Position numbers and translations under genes: made by a program. DNA of 64,000 bases from Acidobacteriota bacterium (lineage in GTDB: Bacteria; Acidobacteriota; Thermoanaerobaculia; Multivoradales; JAHZIX01): the NCBI GenBank assembly GCA_039191605.1, contig JBCCXL010000003.1, positions 257,543 to 321,542 of the forward strand, written 5' to 3'. Shown here piece by piece: positions 28,901-34,849 of the stretch (its first letter is position 1; every line of letters begins with the position of its first letter). Under the pieces are notes generated by a model. That model was not told the DNA's origin, did not search any database, and saw only the letters and a list, made by a program, of their open reading frames with translations.

Positions 28901-31654
28901 ACCGCAATCCTGCAGCCGCTGGCGGCTCAGCGCTATGAGGAGGGCTACGAGCGGGGGCTCCACGACGTCGACGGTGCGCGCATTCTCGAGAGTCTGCTAC
29001 AGCTCGACGCGACCGCCGGCCTGCTGCGATTCGAGCCCCAGCCGCGGGCTCTGGCGGCCCTCTTCTGGGCCGGAGCGGAGGAAGATGATCGCGGTCACCG
29101 GGAGCTTCGTCGGGAGATCCGGGATCGAGCCCAGGCGCTGCATCGATTGCGCTCCACCTATGGCGGGGGCCAGGCCGTCGAGGGCTTTCTGGCGGAGCTC
29201 AGCCAGGCGCTGAGGGCGTTTTGTGCCGAACAAGAGCTGCTGTGGGGGGCGGATGAGTCAGCGAATCTGGAGGATGCACCGCCGGAGATTCCGTCAGGGC
29301 ACCCGTCGGGGGCATCGGGAGTACCAGGGGCGCTGCTGCAGGAAGCCGCCGCCTACCTTTTCGAGGTTCTCGCCGTCTCGCCGCAGCGTTTCCCCATGGA
29401 GTCGGCGGCGCAGGAGTTGGTCGAAGCGGCGGAGCCCCGACTGAAGCGGGCCGGGGCCCTCGAGGATCTGCGCCGCGGTCCGCTGGGGCGCCGAGTACAG
29501 ATCGCCGAGGCCTGGCTCTCGGGGGTGGCTCGGGAGCTGGAGGCTGAAGCACCGGAGCGCCAGGGGGGAATCCACCTCGCCTTAGCGCCCGCTACCGCCC
29601 TGCTGCTGGCGGCGGATCGCTTTGACGTGGAGATCAGCCACGGCGCCCTCAGCGCCCGGGTGGAAGGGCTGCTCGGCCGCCACGGACGGATCGAGGAGCG
29701 CACCCTCGCCCTGCGCCTGGACCGCTTTCTCTCTCGCCTGCGAGAGTTTCGCCAGCAGCGGGTTCCGGCCTTCCAGCGCTGGCAGCGGGTGCGTCACGAG
29801 GTGCTGGAAGAGCAGCGCCGCCGTCTGCGCCTCGACTCCATGACCCCGAAGGTGATGAGCGCCTTCGTGCGCAATCAGCTGGTGGATCAGGTTTACCTTC
29901 CCCTGGTGGGAGCAAACCTGGCGAAGCAGATGGGCTCCGCCGGAGCGCAGCGGCGCACCGACCAAATGGGCCTGCTGCTGCTGCTCTCGCCTCCGGGCTA
30001 CGGTAAGACCACCCTGATGGAATACGTCGCCCATCGCCTGGGGCTGGCTTTCCTCAAGATCGACGGGCCCGCCTTGGGCCATGACGTGCATTCTCTGGAT
30101 CCAGCCCAGGCGCCTTCCGCCACCGCCCGGCGAGAGGTGGAGAAGATCAATCTCGCCTTCGAGATGGGCAACAACGTGCTGCTCTACCTGGACGACATCC
30201 AGCACACCCATCCTGAGCTGCTGCAGAAGTTCATCTCCCTCTGCGACGCCCAGCGGCGTATCGAGGGCGTCTTTCGCGGCGAGCCTCGCAGCTACGACCT
30301 ACGGGGTAAGCGCTTCGCGGTGGTGATGGCGGGCAACCCCTACACCGAATCCGGCGAGACCTTCCGCATTCCGGACATGCTGTCCAACCGCGCCGACGTC
30401 TACAACCTGGGCGACGTGCTGAACGGTAAGGAAGATCTCTTCGCCCTGAGCTACCTCGAGAACGCCCTCACCTCCAACGCGACCTTGAGCCCCTTGGCGA
30501 GCCGAGACTTGGCGGATGTCGGGCTCTACGTGCGCTTGGCGAAGGGGGAAACGGTGCCTCCGGATCGCTTCGCCCATGCGGTCACCGGCGCCGAGCGGGC
30601 TGACCTGCTGGCGGTATTGCGTCATCTGCTTCGGGTACAGAGTGTGTTGATGGCGGTCAACCAGGCCTATATTCGATCCGCCGCCCAGGTGGATGCCTAC
30701 CGCTCCGAGCCGCCCTTCCTGCTGCAGGGTAGCTATCGCAACATGAATAAGGTTGCGGAGCGGGTGGTGCCGGTGATGAACGAGGCGGAGCTCGAGGCGT
30801 TGATCGATGATCATTACCTCGGCGAGGCCCAGACTCTCACCACCGGAGCGGAGCACAATCTCTTGAAGCTCGCTTTCTTGCGGGGGCGTGAGACGGAGGA
30901 GCAAAAAGAGCGCTGGGATGCCATCTGCCGTGCCTATGCGCGAGTTCAGGCCAGCGGCGGAGATGCCGACCCGGCGTCGCGGGTGGTAGGGCAGCTGAGC
31001 CTGCTGACAGAGGGGGTCGCCCAGGTCGGCCAGACCTTGGCGTCGGCGGCACAGGGGGAGACAGCTCCCTCCGAGACGTCCTCCCCCTGGACCCCGGAGC
31101 TGGTGCGGAGCGCGGCGACGGAGCTCTCCGCCCACTGGTCTCAGCAGCTGTCCCGCCATTTAGGAGCGCAACTCGGTGAGCACCTCGGGGATCCCCTGGG
31201 GGAGCGGCTGGCGCCGGTGCTGAATCGCCTTTCGGAGCAGCTGGAGCAGGACCGCTCCCCCACCCCCGTGCCGCCTCCGCTACCGGCGGCGGCAAGAATC
31301 GATAGTGAAGCCTTGGCCTCCGCGCTGCGGGGACCCATCGAAGAGCTGGGGGCGCAATTCGCCGAAGTGGCCAAAGCTCTGAGCGAATCTTCTCGTCCCG
31401 CTGTCGTACAATCCCTATCCGGTAGTGTGCGCAATCTGTTGGATGATTTGGTGCGCACGGTGGAGGATTCTTTGCTCCCGGCGGTCAGGCGCCTCAATCG
31501 CCGGGTCGAGGATGCCGAGGATGCTGAGGGAAGACATCTCTCCTCTCAGATCGACCGAGCGCTTACCGATCTCGATCGCTTGAAGGATTTTGCTGCTACT
31601 CTTCGATCGTTGGATGCTTCTTCTTCGAAGCCTCCACAAGCAGACCTCAGCTAG
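25952..31654 (+). CDS. Giant (~1,900 aa) AAA+ ATPase of the bacterial 'DNA repair ATPase'/DUF3686-like family
   Basis: A single uninterrupted ORF. Walker A is LLLLSPPGYGKTTLMEY (GYGKTT at 29996-30013). Walker B-like is NVLLYLDDIQHT. Sensor-like is VVMAGNPYTESGETFRIPDMLSNRADVYN. The beta-rich N-terminal ~500 aa are followed by a long helical middle region. The start is chosen at MTDDPN (25952; GAAGGA ribosome-binding site). An alternative ATG lies at 25919. Confidence 0.75.
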   Translation: MTDDPNLARDGAAEEASAQGAAPGDGDAALERGTYELLRERLEGAAAVLRQQAQQLNSARLETFGSSELTLAGQSRIRTEHNCRPRDIATVGERLIVGYEVHFGLRRETSVGHVFSVHRFGAEEGADAPPHLEPARPGDDGFLQDERFARDFEELFRYYKDTRLLQLRNVGDRLLGVFQVGTRLSDLKVFRWSLDPEGGVSYIDNRGERDHTFAAAYDFEWQEVSRDSVVPGRHPHLSIEDELFVETIGGDLTIKVENNTEDGLGIYQEPVIDPDQSLDDAELRYARVGSLILLSVLPYREPQARYFVYNTRNRTVHRIDAIGQSCRQLPEDHGLIFPGGYYLTATDSPKTFDLRLDGLELKTSVRSPNGEDVLYIFHQRSEGRSVLLPYNLIRKAVATPIECFGFTIFDDGTLVVFRAISDEPSRVHPLQIWRTPFAKAEFFESPSDGSPLQRLGNAELVRGISDALSLAQRVMEQEPSRRVYEDLIAAARRMEDAYHWLGDEAYGGLGEAVAELVVLAEQVVDEFEKVEALRARAHDEVNTAEAELDELLSGLAPSSIDRVEPFLEALAQLRRARGHLITLRDLRYADLDRLEALEQRAQGAFDEVSEHAVAFFAEPKALEPFRRTLGELESSVEAVSSLREIDPLAQRVDEQAQGLELLAQVTSGLESDDATVRTRILEGVSEVLGQLNRVRAIVDARRREVGAREARAEFGVQFQLLGQSAAGALAVASTPEACDEQLAKVLLQLEDLEARFGAYDDFLEQITTKRDDLYEAFASRKQRLLDERQRRVEHLFGAAQRVLEGMERRAESFDDDDDLNAFFASDPLAERLRRLGGQLRELGAGVRADELESRVKSARQQARRGMRDRRDLFTAEGDLITFGAHRFTVNQQALEPTLVPRGDDLVLHLTSTEYYEALEDERVQAAHQLWEQSLPSESEEVYRGEFLAYSVWADSSLPDDQRPSGFPSRRELESAVAEGVEGLTAILQPLAAQRYEEGYERGLHDVDGARILESLLQLDATAGLLRFEPQPRALAALFWAGAEEDDRGHRELRREIRDRAQALHRLRSTYGGGQAVEGFLAELSQALRAFCAEQELLWGADESANLEDAPPEIPSGHPSGASGVPGALLQEAAAYLFEVLAVSPQRFPMESAAQELVEAAEPRLKRAGALEDLRRGPLGRRVQIAEAWLSGVARELEAEAPERQGGIHLALAPATALLLAADRFDVEISHGALSARVEGLLGRHGRIEERTLALRLDRFLSRLREFRQQRVPAFQRWQRVRHEVLEEQRRRLRLDSMTPKVMSAFVRNQLVDQVYLPLVGANLAKQMGSAGAQRRTDQMGLLLLLSPPGYGKTTLMEYVAHRLGLAFLKIDGPALGHDVHSLDPAQAPSATARREVEKINLAFEMGNNVLLYLDDIQHTHPELLQKFISLCDAQRRIEGVFRGEPRSYDLRGKRFAVVMAGNPYTESGETFRIPDMLSNRADVYNLGDVLNGKEDLFALSYLENALTSNATLSPLASRDLADVGLYVRLAKGETVPPDRFAHAVTGAERADLLAVLRHLLRVQSVLMAVNQAYIRSAAQVDAYRSEPPFLLQGSYRNMNKVAERVVPVMNEAELEALIDDHYLGEAQTLTTGAEHNLLKLAFLRGRETEEQKERWDAICRAYARVQASGGDADPASRVVGQLSLLTEGVAQVGQTLASAAQGETAPSETSSPWTPELVRSAATELSAHWSQQLSRHLGAQLGEHLGDPLGERLAPVLNRLSEQLEQDRSPTPVPPPLPAAARIDSEALASALRGPIEELGAQFAEVAKALSESSRPAVVQSLSGSVRNLLDDLVRTVEDSLLPAVRRLNRRVEDAEDAEGRHLSSQIDRALTDLDRLKDFAATLRSLDASSSKPPQADLS

Positions 31655-31751
31655 TTGTCGCTGGGTCTACCTCATCCCTAGATCGCCACGAGGCTTCGCG
31701 TAATCTGTCTTGCCTCGTGCCCTTTATTGCCGCGAAGTAAAGGAGAATTCC

Positions 31752-33689
31752 GTGAATGAACCTCTGCCTCCTTATCTGCGATCCGCGCTGTTCGTAGATT
31801 TCGACAACATCTACATCCGATTACGCGAAGAAAGTGAAGAGGCCGCCGAGCATTTCGCTTCGGAGCCCCACCGTTGGCTCCGCTGGCTCGAAGAAGAGGC
31901 GCCGATGGTGGATGACCGCTTCCTCGATACCAAGGATCTGCCCCGGCGGATTCTGCTTCGCCGCTGCTATCTCAACCCCCGATCCTTCCATCAGAGCCGC
32001 CCTGCCTTTGTTCGGGCTGGCTTCGAGGTGGTGGACTGTCCGCCGCTGACTCACGGTGGCAAGACCAGCAGCGATATCCGCATGGTGATGGACATGATGG
32101 ATGCTCTATCCCACCCCAGCACCCGCTTCGACGAGATGATTCTCTTCTCCGGGGATGCGGACTTCACGCCGATCTTCACTCGCTTGCGGGCCAATGATCG
32201 CTTTACCGTGGCTCTGATCGTCGGCCAGGCCTCTTCCGCCTACCGCTCCGCCTGCGATCTCCTGCTCAGCGCCGACGAATTTGTCGAATCGGGGCTGGGG
32301 GTCTCCGGTGAAGCCCTGGAGGCTCGCCGAGAGGCTCCAACCCGCCTGCGCCCCCTGCTGGAAGGGATGCACGGCACCGTCGCCGATGCGGTGGCCAGCA
32401 CCGGGCCGGTGCCGGCGGATCGGCTGCCGATGATTTACAAGGAGTTCTCGGAGTTCCGCGAGGGTTCCGACTGGCTGGGCTTCATGAGTCTGCGGGGGCT
32501 TACGGAGGCCGTCGTTGAGGCCGGTAGCGGTCTCGTGCTGCGGGAAGAAGACCCCTGGGTCGTCGACTACGGACAGACCCCGGTGGTGAATCGTGGCGAG
32601 TCGGCGGTGCCTGCATCTGGCCCCAGCCCCAGCCCGAGCTCGGGCCCCAGCCTGGGCCCCGGTCCGTCCGCTCCTCCGCCTACCGGTTGGCGCAGCGATT
32701 TCGGCGAGCGCGCCGCGGCGGTGGTGCGGGCAGCGGTGGTCGAGTCCGACGAGCCGCTGAGCCTCGCGGGTCTCTCCCATCGCCTGATGCGCGAGCTGGG
32801 GGAAGGGGTGCGCTCCCGCGCCTGGCAGGGCGCCGGCTCTTTCCGCGCCTTCCTCGAGGGGCTAGACCTCGAAGGCCTGGAGATCTCCCGGGTCACGCCG
32901 GGCTACGTGTATGACCCGGTGCGCCATGACCCGCCGGCGGAGGCCCGCGACGGGGACGAATTCGCCCGCCGCTACCCGGAGCTTTCGGAGCTCGCCCGGC
33001 GCATTCATGACGCCACCGACGCGCCCTACCTGATGCCTGACGTGTACGCGGTGATGATGCGGGTCATCGCCGAGGAGATCAACGAGCGGGGCTACCACCT
33101 GGTGCGGACCTCCAAGGCGGTGCGCGACATCTGCAACGGCAAGGGTGTTCCGGTGGCCCGCTCCCACGTTTCTTTCGTCCTCAAGGGCATCCAATACTCG
33201 GGTTATTCCTATCGCCAGGGTCAGGAGAGCGCCCAGGAGCTGGGCCGAGCCTTCGTCCAGAACCTGCTCTTCCTCTGCGATCGTGCCGAGCTCTCTTTGT
33301 CAGATGACGAGAGCGACGCCGTGCGCCGCTGGATCCTCGCTCCCATCGACTACTCCCCAGGAGCCTCCGCCTCGCCGAGCCCTCCCGCTACGAGCTCCCG
33401 CCCGTCGACCTCCTCCGATGAGAGTTGGGAAGAAGACGACGAGTACGAGGACTACGACGAAGAGGACGATTGGGACGGCGAGGACGAGGAAGGTGACGAA
33501 CCCGACGCCGATCCCGACGCCGAAGCCTCCGACGAGGACGAGGACGAGGAGGACTTCGACGACGAGGAAGACGACGAAGAAGACGACGAAGAAGACGAGG
33601 ATGAGGGCGACGAGGACGACGACGAAGACGAGGATGAGGACGACGACGAAGACGACGATGACGAAGAAGAGGACGACAAGGACGATTGA
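31752..33689 (+). CDS. NYN-domain (LabA-like PIN-fold) protein with OST-HTH/LOTUS-like repeats and ~90-aa polyacidic C-terminal tail
   Basis: The NYN signature is ALFVDFDNIYI...SSDIRMVMDMMDALSHPSTRFDEMILFSGDADFTPIF...FTVALIV. The middle and C-terminal segments (…LPMIYKEFSEFREGSDWLGFMSLRGLTEAV… and …LSLAGLSHRLMRELGEGVRSRAWQGAGSFRAFLEG…) resemble OST-HTH modules. The tail is an uninterrupted D/E run. The GTG start at 31752 sits 6 nt after AAGGAG. The ORF track's TTG at 31710 is less likely. Confidence 0.75.
   Translation: MNEPLPPYLRSALFVDFDNIYIRLREESEEAAEHFASEPHRWLRWLEEEAPMVDDRFLDTKDLPRRILLRRCYLNPRSFHQSRPAFVRAGFEVVDCPPLTHGGKTSSDIRMVMDMMDALSHPSTRFDEMILFSGDADFTPIFTRLRANDRFTVALIVGQASSAYRSACDLLLSADEFVESGLGVSGEALEARREAPTRLRPLLEGMHGTVADAVASTGPVPADRLPMIYKEFSEFREGSDWLGFMSLRGLTEAVVEAGSGLVLREEDPWVVDYGQTPVVNRGESAVPASGPSPSPSSGPSLGPGPSAPPPTGWRSDFGERAAAVVRAAVVESDEPLSLAGLSHRLMRELGEGVRSRAWQGAGSFRAFLEGLDLEGLEISRVTPGYVYDPVRHDPPAEARDGDEFARRYPELSELARRIHDATDAPYLMPDVYAVMMRVIAEEINERGYHLVRTSKAVRDICNGKGVPVARSHVSFVLKGIQYSGYSYRQGQESAQELGRAFVQNLLFLCDRAELSLSDDESDAVRRWILAPIDYSPGASASPSPPATSSRPSTSSDESWEEDDEYEDYDEEDDWDGEDEEGDEPDADPDAEASDEDEDEEDFDDEEDDEEDDEEDEDEGDEDDDEDEDEDDDEDDDDEEEDDKDD
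33420..33686 (+). repeat. Low-complexity GA[CGA]-codon run encoding the D/E-rich tail of the NYN protein
   Basis: ...DEEDDWDGEDEEGDEPDADPDAEASDEDEDEEDFDDEEDDEEDDEEDEDEGDEDDDEDEDEDDDEDDDDEEEDDKDD. Confidence 0.9.
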
Positions 33690-33775
33690 TCGAGGCCTAG
33701 CCTCGGTGAGCTCCTTCTCCTAGCCTCACGACATCTCTTCGCATCTCCCCGCGCTCTGGCCGCGAACTCATCTAC

Positions 33776-34276
33776 ATGTTCAAGAAGCCACAGCGCATCG
33801 AGCCCGGCCCGGGGCAGGAATCGGTTTGGGACTACCCCCGACCGCCTCGGGTCGAGCCCTCCTCCCAGAAAATCGAGATCGTCTTCGGTGGTCGCACCAT
33901 CGCCACCACCGAAAGCAGCCAGCGGGTTCTAGAGACCAGCCATCCTCCGGTCTACTACCTGCCCCAGGACGCCTTCGTCGAGGGCGTCCTGCGTCCCAAC
34001 TCCAAACAAACCTTCTGCGAGTTCAAAGGCTCGGCGAGTTACTTCGACCTCGTCGTCGGCGAGCAAGTCGGCGTCGCCGCCGCCTGGTACTACCCTCGCC
34101 CCGTCGCCCGCGCCGTCGCCCTCACTGACCTCGTCGCCGTCTACCCTGGGCGCATGGACGCCTGCTTCGTCGACGGCGAGCAAGTCCAGGCCCAGGCCGG
34201 CGACTTCTACGGCGGCTGGATCACCAGCGCCATCGTCGGACCCTTCAAAGGCGCCTCCGGCACGTGGGGGTGGTGA
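33776..34276 (+). CDS. Hypothetical protein, DUF427-like
   Basis: 166 aa (…ESVWDYPRPPRVEPS…VYYLPQDAF…AAAWYYPRP…). The family call rests on resemblance to the DUF427 consensus. Confidence 0.4.
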   Translation: MFKKPQRIEPGPGQESVWDYPRPPRVEPSSQKIEIVFGGRTIATTESSQRVLETSHPPVYYLPQDAFVEGVLRPNSKQTFCEFKGSASYFDLVVGEQVGVAAAWYYPRPVARAVALTDLVAVYPGRMDACFVDGEQVQAQAGDFYGGWITSAIVGPFKGASGTWGW

Positions 34277-34424
34277 GGAGGGGTTGGTGATTCGCTAGAG
34301 ATGAGCGCTTTCGCAGGATCTGAAGTTCAGCTACTCTGTCTTTGGAAACCGCTACTACCAGCTAGATTTTCGAAGCGAGATTCTCGAAGAGATTTCAGCT
34401 GAACGATCTCCTGAAGGAGCCTCA

Positions 34425-34826
34425 ATGCGCTACCTAGTTTTGATCGGAGTCACCCTGTGGCTGTTGGTCCTGGTGACTCCCGCAGTGCTTGCAGTCCCTG
34501 TTGGTGAGAGCGACTCGCCCAACTCGCCATCGGAGAGCTGGGCGGGTCAATCGGTGGCGGAAAGCCCTTCGATCTCCACTCCTTCCGAGTCGGTCTTCCT
34601 TCCCGGCGCGAGCGCTGGTGGGGCGGGTCGACAAGGAGATCTCGAGCCGCAGGAGTATCGTGTCTGCGGCGCATCCTGCACCAAGATCACCGGGCTATGC
34701 GCCTGTGCTTTCGATCCGCTGGATTGCTGTGATGGCAAGGCTTGCGCGGCCTTCAATCTCTGCGAGTTCACGGGAGCACAGAAAGCACCGCAGAGAACGA
34801 ATTCCAGCAGTCAGTCCAGCGACTGA
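34425..34826 (+). CDS. Small secreted cysteine-rich protein (133-aa precursor; 9 Cys within ~35 aa)
   Basis: GAAGGAG ribosome-binding site. The signal peptide is MRYLVLIGVTLWLLVLVTPAVLA. After a Ser/Pro-rich region comes the Cys cluster CGASCTKITGLCACAFDPLDCCDGKACAAFNLCEF. Confidence 0.5.
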   Translation: MRYLVLIGVTLWLLVLVTPAVLAVPVGESDSPNSPSESWAGQSVAESPSISTPSESVFLPGASAGGAGRQGDLEPQEYRVCGASCTKITGLCACAFDPLDCCDGKACAAFNLCEFTGAQKAPQRTNSSSQSSD

Positions 34827-34849
34827 GCTGGAGCCTTCATTGGAATCTC

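Noticed and set aside
26819-31159. Multiple 200-290-aa minus-strand ORFs inside the giant ATPase gene
   Set aside because: They are antisense to a continuous 1,900-codon frame with clear P-loop motifs. No independent start or ribosome-binding-site evidence.
33452-33679. Minus-strand poly-Ser ORF (75 aa)
   Set aside because: It is the reverse complement of the GA[CGA] acidic-tail codon repeat, so it is a trivial antisense frame.
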